This document shows positions 37,138 through 44,709 of a stretch of 64,000 bases of DNA, one piece after another. Source of the DNA: an uncultured archaeon (GTDB taxonomy: Archaea > Iainarchaeota > Iainarchaeia > Iainarchaeales > GCA-2688035). The position numbers were made by a program, and so were the translations under genes. Location: positions 4,996-68,995 of the forward strand of contig CAZXIC010000005.1 of assembly GCA_964640195.1 (NCBI GenBank). Direction: 5' to 3'. Every line of letters begins with the position of its first letter. The stretch's first letter is position 1. The notes under the pieces are model-generated. The model did no database searches. It was not told the DNA's origin and saw only the letters and a list, made by a program, of their open reading frames with translations.

Positions 37138-37674
37138 CTATTTTTTCCAGCGAATTTTTTCAACTTCTTCTTCTCCAATCGAGATTGTTTCATTGCAAAC
37201 TTGGTTTAAATGAAATGACTTTGTTTTTGGAAAGCAAACGTTTACGATTTTCTTTCCAAAGTCTTGTGCGGCTTTGATTGCTGGCACAAAGTCTGCATCG
37301 CCTGAAACAATAATGCCTCTGTCATAGAGACTCGAATAGGCATGCGTTACGATGTCAACTGCCATTCTGACATCAACACCTTTCTCAACTGGCGGCCCTT
37401 TTGACCTTTTTTCAAGCCTACCTAACTTTACCTCAAATTTTGGAATCTTCGAAAGCGCGGAGAAAAACTTTTGCTGGTTCTGGTAAGCTTTTGGGTCTAC
37501 TTTCTGATTCAAGGGCGCATTGTAATAGTAGACTTGAACAAGCCTGTGCTGACCAGCAAGAAAATAAACAAATTTCTCAAAGTCAAGTTTCGCTTTGCCA
37601 AAATTCTTAAGTAGGTCATGATAGAGATTGCTCCCATCAATAAAAACAATTACTTTCTCTTTCTTAAAGCGCAT
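37138..37674 (-). CDS. NYN-domain (LabA/DUF88-like) putative ribonuclease
   Basis: 'VIVFIDGSNLYHDL', 'EKGVDVRMAVDIV' and 'IIVSGDADFVPAI' are the acidic NYN/LabA motifs. Start trimmed to ATG 37674. Confidence 0.8.
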   Translation of the reverse strand: MRFKKEKVIVFIDGSNLYHDLLKNFGKAKLDFEKFVYFLAGQHRLVQVYYYNAPLNQKVDPKAYQNQQKFFSALSKIPKFEVKLGRLEKRSKGPPVEKGVDVRMAVDIVTHAYSSLYDRGIIVSGDADFVPAIKAAQDFGKKIVNVCFPKTKSFHLNQVCNETISIGEEEVEKIRWKK

Positions 37675-37690
37675 GAACAAAACCAGAAAC

Positions 37691-37714
37691 AAGGGATTGC
37701 AATTGCAATCCCTT
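37691..37714. promoter_or_regulatory. Perfect 24-bp palindrome AAGGGATTGCAATTGCAATCCCTT
   Basis: Lies 17 nt upstream of the NYN gene ATG. A second imperfect hairpin, CCTGCCgTTGC-CAAA-GCAAaGGCAGG, is at 37727-37752. Confidence 0.7.
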
Positions 37715-37822
37715 GGAGATAATAAACCTGCCGTTGCCAAAGCAAAGGCAGGGAGATAATACAATAATATTGTAATTAGCAGAAGTTAATAAAGTTAACT
37801 TATACATAAAATGTGAATGCCG

Positions 37823-37839
37823 GACGCTGCTAATCATTA
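37823..37839 (+). repeat. Right copy of the 17-bp direct repeat GACGCTGCTAATCATTA
   Basis: Exact match to 37098-37114. Confidence 0.9.
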
Positions 37840-37961
37840 TTTAATGCAACTGCCGTAATCACCCTTGTTTTTGCAGTTTGCGCCGTTTTTCGCAGCAGCC
37901 CCTCCCTTTTGCCCTTATTTATTAGTTTTATATATAATACTATAAAAGAGAGGACGGGAAA

Positions 37962-38264
37962 TTAGGGCTGTTGAAAAACATCTGGTACAACATAGTAGAC
38001 TGTTTTGATGTTTAGGCCTTTCTCCTTCTTAACCAAAGGCCTGTTAATGCCCTTGTTCTGCAAAGGGTTGTAGGTTGCCCGCATCTGCAGCAAACTCAGC
38101 TGCTTCCCGATAGTGTAGACAGAAGAACCAGTTCGCTTGCTCAAAAGCTTCAAGGTCAGCGGACCTGAAGCCAGCTCAAGCATTATTTTCTGCTGCAATG
38201 GCGACAGATTCGCCAAAACAGTCTCATCCAAGAGAAAGACTTTTTCTTTTGAATGCAAAGGCAA
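37962..38264 (-). CDS. Small winged-helix transcription regulator (ArsR/MarR-like)
   Basis: 100 aa. 'LQQKIMLELASGPLTLKLLSKRTGSSVYTIGKQLSLLQ' is wHTH-like. Divergent from the giant surface-protein gene. Confidence 0.6.
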   Translation of the reverse strand: MPLHSKEKVFLLDETVLANLSPLQQKIMLELASGPLTLKLLSKRTGSSVYTIGKQLSLLQMRATYNPLQNKGINRPLVKKEKGLNIKTVYYVVPDVFQQP

Positions 38265-38552
38265 GTTTTATTCCCACCAAGAAAGGCAAATTTTTTGACA
38301 CTTCCTACAATTAATTAGTTAACTAAAACAATTTAAAGTTAATGTTGTAACCATAAGGGGTTAACTTTTTGATTTTTAGCAAAAAGCCTTTGATTTTATT
38401 AAAAACCTGCAATTACAGATAGCTTAAACATAATTTTTTCCGATTTTCAAACTTAAACATAATGTTTGACTAAAAGAAAAGATATTTAATAAAGAGTTGC
38501 CAGATATTATAGGATAATTTTTCACCGAAGAGTGAAAAGGGGGTAGGGTTAA

Positions 38553-41500
38553 ATGAGCAGGCAAGAGCATAAGCACTTATTTTCAAAAACAACTTCTTGG
38601 GGTGAAGGAATCCTTCCATACGCAAGGCTTCCGCTGCTCTTCCTTATCATGTTCTCACTGGCCGTTTCGGCTTTCGCAGCTCATGACACCGTTGTAACCG
38701 TTTCCCCCGACTACGCACGATGCGGTGACCTCCCACTTGAGTACACAATAAATGTCTACAACAAAGATACTTCAGCAGACAGCGTAAGGGAAGTCAGGAT
38801 TTATGATGATGTTGATGGAGACGGTCAGAGAGACCCTGGAATAGTTGACTTCCAGTGCGGACCAGCACCAACAGGCTGGACTCTTGATGACAGGCTCGCG
38901 CTTTATAATTATTGCCACTATGAAACAGGGGTTGCTGGCGGGTATATGATTGACCCAGATGAAGACCTTGATTTTAGTTTTTCTGCACAATTGGATGACA
39001 GCAGCCTGGAAGAATGTGGAAACGAATTTAAGATTGCTTCAATTGACGACAAAATTCCAATCGGGGAAGTTGTATTCAAATTCCCGAAGATTTTGGTTGA
39101 CTGTTCAGACCCTGTAGTTACAAAAGCAGTCGGAACACCAAAAGTACTTATTAGCGCACCGGGCTGTGATGAAGGCCCGTTCCAGGGAGAGGGCGAGACA
39201 GCATGCGACTGGTGGATTAGACATGGCACAGAGATTGAAACTGAAGCCACTGAATACGACGAATGCGACCTAGGATTAGATTATTGTGAAATAACATACA
39301 CAGTTGACGGCGGAGCCCCGATAACGCAGGTTCACGCGGACTTTGAGCCAGAAACCTATGATTGGGATTATGACTGGGACTTTGACGAAGACTCAGTGCA
39401 CGTTATCGAAATAAAATGTACCGACGTTGTAGGAAACAAGACTGTTGTAACAGAAAGTGACAAGGTTGACGACACGCCGCCGGTAACTACAAAGGTTGTC
39501 TCAGAGCCGAAGAAGATTGATAGCGGCGTTGAATGGATTGACTCAGTAACAGAAATAAGCTTAAGCGCGGAAGACAAGGGAGAGACCTGCCACATAGGCG
39601 TGGAGAACACCTTCTATAACATAATACAGGCAGAAGACAGCTACTGCTGGGAACAGTGCGCAGGATGGCAGCCAGGTATCCCGAACAGGGAAGGTGAAGG
39701 CTGGACACAGTACACCGGCCCAATTAGTGACATTGCAGAATCATGCCACGTAATGGAATATTACAGCGTGGACAAGATTGGAAATATTGAAGACGTGAAG
39801 GTAAACTGCTTCTTCGTTGACAAGACAGCTCCGGAGCAGATTAAGACTATTGGAGAGCCAAACGTGCCTTGCAGGGACTTGGAATGCGAGGAGTTCGACT
39901 ACTGGGTAAGGGACCAGAGCACGCTGCCAGGGACAGAGATAACCTTGGACTGTGACGACAGCTGGAGTGGAAAAGCACCACACCCATCAGGAGATGAGGA
40001 AGTTTGCTACAAGGTTTCATACGACATTCCAGCACCCATGACAGACATAACAGCCAAGTACTGCCCGGAGGCACTGGAAACAGTAACAGACTCAGGGTAT
40101 GAGGGCGACTGGTGCTGTATTCCTGCACCGGAAGTGATAGTATTTGCGGAAGACTCGCTGCACAACCTTGAGTACTTCTGCATGGATGCAGTGAACAAGA
40201 AGAGCCCTATAGACCTTGAATACTTCAGGGTTGACTCCCAGCCGCCAATCATAGACAAGACAATGAGCGGCCCGCAGATTGGGGGCTGCCCGCCGGGAGA
40301 AGGCGAGGACTGCTGGATAAAGGACTGGGAGCAGGCAGAAGGAACAACAATCCACATTGAGGCAACTGACGACGACACATATGGTTGCGCGGTTGACGAT
40401 ATCACCTGTGAATGGTCGTACAAGCTGGATGGCGAGCCGATGCAGGGAGAAGGCTGCTTGGGACCGTCCTTTGACATAAAGTTCTACGATGAAACACAGC
40501 ACGAGCTGTTAGTTAAATGCTGCGACAAGCTTGGCAACTGCGCGGAAGACGTTGAAACATTCTACGTTGACTCAAGCGGCCCAACAGTGGAGAAAGAGTT
40601 CATCGGACCGAAGAAGATTGATGGCAGCGTTGAATGGATTGACAGCGTAACAACGATTGAGCTGACGGCAACAGACCAGCCTGACGCGCCGTGCGCGGTA
40701 GGCGAGGACAAGATATACTATGTAATAACGCCAATGGAAGACGATGCCTGCTGGATGCCGGAAAAGTACTGCTACTCAGGGGAATATATGCCAGGCGCAT
40801 TCACAGAATACGCTGGTCCCATCGGGGGCATAGAGGAATCCTGCCACAGGATAGAGTTCTATGCTGTGGACAAGCTCGGAAACATCGGCCCAATGGGAAA
40901 GAATTGCTTCTTTGTTGACAAGACAGCGCCAACAATTACCAAGGACAACGGAGACGCGATTCCTGACACAGGCGAGCCAGCATTCATGACCGAAGACAAC
41001 CCTGGGGGGGACTTCAACTGGATTTCAAAGAACATGCCGATAACGTTCACCTGTGAAGACCAGGGAGACCACCCATCAGGAGACGAAGAGCTTTGCTACA
41101 AGGTTTCATACGACTATGTTGAAGTGGAGCCAGGCGCCTATGACTGGGGTTACATTACAGGGGAATACTGCAGCACAGAACTAACTGCAGAGGGCTACTG
41201 CTGTATGACTGGAACAGCACAAGAGCCATTTGAGTTCTACTTCCAGGAGGACTCAATGCACAACCTTGAGTACTACTGCAGGGACGCGGTGGAGAAATCG
41301 AGCGGTGTCCACGTGCAGTACTACAAGGTTGACACTGAAGGACCGGAAATAACAAAGACACTTAATGAGCCATACTATGGCGAGTGCCCGCCAGAAGACG
41401 AGGGCGATGTATGCTACGTTGACAGCGCAACAACCATCGACGTGGAAACTGAAGACGGCGGTGAAATCTGCGCTGTTGGCGGCGTTGAATGTAGATGGCA

Positions 41501-43001
41501 GCTGTTGGACGTAAGCGGTTACCCAGTTGTAGACTGGACAACTGATATGCCAATAAGCTTCCCGGAAGAATGCCAGCACACTCTTGTAATTGAGTGTGAG
41601 GATGCGCTTGGAAACGTGGAAACAGACACAGAAACATTCTTTGTTGACAAGACGCCTCCAGGAATCTGGAAAGAATACGGAAGCCCGTACTTTGCAGGCA
41701 GCGTTGACGACTGGGAAGCAGAATGGATCAACAAGAACACACTAATCTCCGCAGGCGTCACTGATGACGGCCCGCACCAGTCAGGCATTGCGGCAGTGGA
41801 ATACAGGGCCACAATAGTGGACGAGGAGTACTGCAGGAACAGGGACGAAGACGAGATGGTCTGCGAAGATGCTGAAGGAAGCGGAGTCTGGACTGAGGTT
41901 GAGGCAGAGGACTGGGATGAATTTGAGTTCAGCATAACAGAAGAGTCCTGCCACCTGATAGAGATATACGCAGAAGACAACGTGGAAAAGAACAGGACCC
42001 ACAAGCAGTGCGTGTTCGTTGACAGCACAGCACCAACGCCGGAGAAGACTGTTGGCGAGCCAAAAACGCCGTGGGACGGAAAGGACTCACAGTTCTATGA
42101 ACTGGATGATTTCTGCAGTATAGCAGGAAACTGCTGGGCAGTGACTTTGCTGACTCCAATTGCTTTGGAGTGCATTGACCCACAACCGCATCCTGTTGAT
42201 AATGAAACAGTGTGCTTTTATGTGGAAAGGAATGCAGACAACGAAACAGCAGAATACTGCGAGTTTTACGGCGGAAGCATAAACGATGAGGGGTTCTGCT
42301 GTATGGAGAAGACCACTCCGGAGTTTTACTTCCTCGAAGAGTGCGAGCATAACCTGCAGTATTACTGCGTTGATGCACTGGGGAACATGGGGCCAATAGA
42401 CGATGAGAAATTTAAGGTAGCTGGTACAACGTTTGAAATACAGTTGAACAAGAAATGGAACCTTGTTTCAGTTCCATACGTATTGCTCAATGATGACATT
42501 GAGGAAGTGTTAAGCGGAGTAAGCGATAACCTCGATTCAGTGTGGCAGTACGACGCTGTCGCTGACCAATGGTATGTCTATAGACCAGACGACCCGCTTG
42601 GAAGCAACCTTTCAACAATAGAACCAGGCTGGGGTTACTGGATAGCAATGGACGATGCCGACCTGCTTACAATAGGCGGAAGCCTATTCAGCCCGGTAAC
42701 AACACCGCCAGAAAGGGCATTGAAGCACGGCTGGAACCTGATTGGCTATTACGGAGCTGAGGGCCAGGGAGGCTACTACGGACCAGTTGGCAGCGGAAAG
42801 ATGGCTAGATGCGCTCTGTTCTCACTAGGGGAATCCTTCACCGACAAGGGCTGGACAGCCCTGTTAACATATTGGGAACCAGACAATCCAGGCCAGTGGA
42901 AAGAATACAGCTACTACCAAAGCCTAGACCCAGGGGCAGGATACTGGCTTTTTGCCTCGGAAGACAGCATATACAGCTATGTGACTATATGCGGCGGATA
43001 G
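38553..43001 (+). CDS. Giant secreted/cell-surface protein: ~10 tandem Cys- and Asp/Glu-rich beta-sandwich-type modules plus a C-terminal Trp-rich domain
   Basis: 1482 aa with an N-terminal signal/anchor 'LPLLFLIMFSLAVSAFAAHD'. Modules end in 'GN....F[FY]VD[KS][ST][AGP]P'-type motifs, in the manner of Ig-like/OmpL47-type domains. Recurrent 'HPSGDEE[VL]CYKVSYD' and 'KKID[SG][GS]VEWIDSVT'. The C-terminal ~220 aa contain two 'WNL[VI]..' / 'PG.GYW[IL]' half-repeats. Confidence 0.85.
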   Translation: MSRQEHKHLFSKTTSWGEGILPYARLPLLFLIMFSLAVSAFAAHDTVVTVSPDYARCGDLPLEYTINVYNKDTSADSVREVRIYDDVDGDGQRDPGIVDFQCGPAPTGWTLDDRLALYNYCHYETGVAGGYMIDPDEDLDFSFSAQLDDSSLEECGNEFKIASIDDKIPIGEVVFKFPKILVDCSDPVVTKAVGTPKVLISAPGCDEGPFQGEGETACDWWIRHGTEIETEATEYDECDLGLDYCEITYTVDGGAPITQVHADFEPETYDWDYDWDFDEDSVHVIEIKCTDVVGNKTVVTESDKVDDTPPVTTKVVSEPKKIDSGVEWIDSVTEISLSAEDKGETCHIGVENTFYNIIQAEDSYCWEQCAGWQPGIPNREGEGWTQYTGPISDIAESCHVMEYYSVDKIGNIEDVKVNCFFVDKTAPEQIKTIGEPNVPCRDLECEEFDYWVRDQSTLPGTEITLDCDDSWSGKAPHPSGDEEVCYKVSYDIPAPMTDITAKYCPEALETVTDSGYEGDWCCIPAPEVIVFAEDSLHNLEYFCMDAVNKKSPIDLEYFRVDSQPPIIDKTMSGPQIGGCPPGEGEDCWIKDWEQAEGTTIHIEATDDDTYGCAVDDITCEWSYKLDGEPMQGEGCLGPSFDIKFYDETQHELLVKCCDKLGNCAEDVETFYVDSSGPTVEKEFIGPKKIDGSVEWIDSVTTIELTATDQPDAPCAVGEDKIYYVITPMEDDACWMPEKYCYSGEYMPGAFTEYAGPIGGIEESCHRIEFYAVDKLGNIGPMGKNCFFVDKTAPTITKDNGDAIPDTGEPAFMTEDNPGGDFNWISKNMPITFTCEDQGDHPSGDEELCYKVSYDYVEVEPGAYDWGYITGEYCSTELTAEGYCCMTGTAQEPFEFYFQEDSMHNLEYYCRDAVEKSSGVHVQYYKVDTEGPEITKTLNEPYYGECPPEDEGDVCYVDSATTIDVETEDGGEICAVGGVECRWQLLDVSGYPVVDWTTDMPISFPEECQHTLVIECEDALGNVETDTETFFVDKTPPGIWKEYGSPYFAGSVDDWEAEWINKNTLISAGVTDDGPHQSGIAAVEYRATIVDEEYCRNRDEDEMVCEDAEGSGVWTEVEAEDWDEFEFSITEESCHLIEIYAEDNVEKNRTHKQCVFVDSTAPTPEKTVGEPKTPWDGKDSQFYELDDFCSIAGNCWAVTLLTPIALECIDPQPHPVDNETVCFYVERNADNETAEYCEFYGGSINDEGFCCMEKTTPEFYFLEECEHNLQYYCVDALGNMGPIDDEKFKVAGTTFEIQLNKKWNLVSVPYVLLNDDIEEVLSGVSDNLDSVWQYDAVADQWYVYRPDDPLGSNLSTIEPGWGYWIAMDDADLLTIGGSLFSPVTTPPERALKHGWNLIGYYGAEGQGGYYGPVGSGKMARCALFSLGESFTDKGWTALLTYWEPDNPGQWKEYSYYQSLDPGAGYWLFASEDSIYSYVTICGG
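39507..41708 (+). repeat. Two tandem ~1.1-kb (367-codon) super-repeats inside the giant gene, followed by a third degenerate copy to ~42.4 kb
   Basis: CCGAAGAAGATTGAT(A/G)GC.GCGTTGAATGGATTGAC occurs at 39507 and 40608 (period 1101 nt). CACCCATCAGGAGA.GA.GA..T.TGCTACAAGGTTTCATACGAC occurs at ~39981 and ~41071. Each super-repeat comprises three module types. Confidence 0.8.
42926..42975 (+). repeat. Copy 1 of a perfect 50-bp direct repeat (inside the 3' end of the giant gene)
   Basis: AGACCCAGGGGCAGGATACTGGCTTTTTGCCTCGGAAGACAGCATATACA is identical to 43089-43138. Confidence 0.95.
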
Positions 43002-43016
43002 TGTAAATTCCGCCAA

Positions 43017-43036
43017 TTTTTTATTTTTTAGTTTTT
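43017..43036 (+). terminator. Oligo-T tracts (archaeal-type terminator) after the giant gene
   Basis: TTTTTTATTTTTTAGTTTTT begins 16 nt after the stop codon. Confidence 0.5.
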
Positions 43037-43088
43037 CTTCCAGTGGGGTGAGGCAGTGACATTTTTTGAAAACAGTGGTATGACTGCA

Positions 43089-43143
43089 AGACCCAGGGGC
43101 AGGATACTGGCTTTTTGCCTCGGAAGACAGCATATACAACTAA
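43089..43143 (+). pseudogene. Orphan 3'-terminal gene fragment (17 codons plus stop) homologous to the end of the giant surface-protein gene
   Basis: In frame it reads DPGAGYWLFASEDSIYN-stop, identical to the giant protein over 'DPGAGYWLFASEDSIY'. The frame is closed by TGA two codons upstream (43081-43083). Confidence 0.7.
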
Positions 43144-43228
43144 TACAACAGGGCGTTAGGCAATAGAACCAGAAAAAAGGAAAGCATTTAAATATATTTT
43201 CATTTATTAACTATATAAAGTGGGGAAA

Positions 43229-44305
43229 ATGGGTTTTTCAAGATACCTTGCCCTGATTGCGTTTTCACTGCTTTTTTTGGGGGCGGCTTTTGCTGTTCCT
43301 GGCATACCGCACCAGTTTCGCGGCAATGTGACTGTTAATGGCGCGGCAGCCGATGGCGCAACAATCGTGGCAAAAATAAATGATGTTGAACATGGAAGCA
43401 CGACCAGTGTTGACGGCACATACGGCCAGAGCCCAAACGTGTTTTTTGTAGAAAACCCAAGTGGGGAGAACCTTGATGGAAAAACCATTGAATTCTATTT
43501 GAATGGCACAAAAGTCGCAAGCGCTGTTTTTGAGAGGGGCGCAAAAACAGAGCTTGACCTGAGCCTTGGCACTGCGCCTTACTGCGGCGATGGAGCCTGC
43601 GGTGCCGGCGAAGACTGCGGAAACTGCCCTGCTGACTGTGGCGAATGCAGCACACCGCCTTCATCGCCGCCTTCATCTTCACCGCCTTCATCGTCCCCCA
43701 GTAGTGGCAGCATCAACAAGCTTACCGTCAGGGTTGCCGGAAACTGCATTGACCAGAATATTGTTGTCACTGTTTTGAACACGATGGGAAACCCTGCGGC
43801 TGATGCAACTGTTGCGCTTGTAAGGGGCTTCAAGCAGCTGGAAGAGAAGGTAACAGGCTCTGACGGAATTGTTTATTTTATAATAACTGAAGCAGGCGAG
43901 TACACCTTTGTTACAACAAAAAACTTGTACACTGCGACCTACACGAAAATCGAGGTTGGCGAGTGTACTGACGAAGAAGTGACTGCCAGTGACAGTGAGC
44001 AAACGACTAACCCGTGCGAGAGCATCAATTGTGATGATTCAAATCCCTGCACTGTAGAATATTGCTCTTTGGCAACAGGGCATTGTATTTATGAGAACCA
44101 GCCTGACGGTACAGTCTGCAGCCTGGAAGGAAAGTGCGAGAAAGGTGTTTGCACTGAACCCGAACCAGAAGAGATGCCACTAGGCCAAACGGGCTTTTTT
44201 GGGCTTAATGCAGGGCAGGGGGGCGGGCTTGGCTTGCTTATTGTGGCATTGGCCGCAGGAGCTGGCTATTTATACGCTCTCAGCAAGAGAAAAAAGAAGA
44301 AATAA
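43229..44305 (+). CDS. Secreted, C-terminally membrane-anchored surface protein with Cys-rich modules and a Ser/Pro linker
   Basis: Signal peptide 'MGFSRYLALIAFSLLFLGAAFA'. 'YCGDGACGAGEDCGNCPADCGEC', 'PPSSPPSSSPPSSSPSSG' and 'CESINCDDSNPCTVEYCSLATGHCIYENQPDGTVCSLEGKCEKGVC' are present. The C-terminal TM helix 'GLGLLIVALAAGAGYLYAL' is followed by 'SKRKKKK'. Confidence 0.8.
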   Translation: MGFSRYLALIAFSLLFLGAAFAVPGIPHQFRGNVTVNGAAADGATIVAKINDVEHGSTTSVDGTYGQSPNVFFVENPSGENLDGKTIEFYLNGTKVASAVFERGAKTELDLSLGTAPYCGDGACGAGEDCGNCPADCGECSTPPSSPPSSSPPSSSPSSGSINKLTVRVAGNCIDQNIVVTVLNTMGNPAADATVALVRGFKQLEEKVTGSDGIVYFIITEAGEYTFVTTKNLYTATYTKIEVGECTDEEVTASDSEQTTNPCESINCDDSNPCTVEYCSLATGHCIYENQPDGTVCSLEGKCEKGVCTEPEPEEMPLGQTGFFGLNAGQGGGLGLLIVALAAGAGYLYALSKRKKKK

Positions 44306-44492
44306 TGCGCTTTTTTTCAGATAAAGGCACCTAACCCAATTAGATTCTGCTGGCAGACAGCCCCAATTTTGCCGCCAATTAAGGGGATTTCCCTAATCAT
44401 TTTCCACCATCAACCAGTGTTGATTTTTCTTGTCCCTCTTGGCAAAAAGGTTTTTAAGTATATAGCTATTTCATTATACTTGTGAAGTCTTA

Positions 44493-44708
44493 ATGACTAC
44501 ACTGGGAATTGTGAAGACAGCCCATTACAAACGCTTCCATGAAAGGTTTGTCCCCTGGAGCTTGGTTGTTGAGACGATTTTCACAGGAAAGCAGAAAAGG
44601 AAGGGACGTGACTTCATTGAATTTAAAGGGAGAAAAATTTATGTTTTTTGCAAAAGGGACAGGGCAAGAAACATGCTGAAAGTGATTAACGCCAAAAAGG
44701 AGGGTTGA
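44493..44708 (+). CDS. Small protein, possible DUF4258-like toxin
   Basis: 71 aa. 'KTAHYKRFHERFVPWSLVVETIFTG....FKGRKIYVFCKRDRARNMLKVINA' loosely fits the DUF4258 pattern (H-x3-R...R). The next ORF starts 1 nt after its stop codon. Confidence 0.4.
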   Translation: MTTLGIVKTAHYKRFHERFVPWSLVVETIFTGKQKRKGRDFIEFKGRKIYVFCKRDRARNMLKVINAKKEG

Positions 44709-44709
44709 A

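Larger units (their letters stand above)
37115..37839. mobile_element. Candidate ~0.7-kb integrated element or insertion remnant in the 3' end of the 5S rRNA gene
   Basis: Bounded by the exact 17-bp direct repeat. Its interior is visibly AT-rich, and it carries one NYN-domain gene plus palindromes. No integrase or transposase is present. Confidence 0.5.

Noticed and set aside
34336-37839. An integrase or transposase that would make the two islands autonomous mobile elements.
   Set aside because: None of the island ORFs shows tyrosine/serine recombinase or DDE motifs by eye. The elements are therefore reported only as candidates or remnants.
42926-43138. Possible diversity-generating retroelement (a variable repeat at the 3' end of a surface-protein gene plus a template repeat downstream).
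   Set aside because: The two copies are 100% identical over only 50 bp, with no adenine-specific mismatches. Homology stops abruptly on both sides. No reverse transcriptase gene is present in the window.
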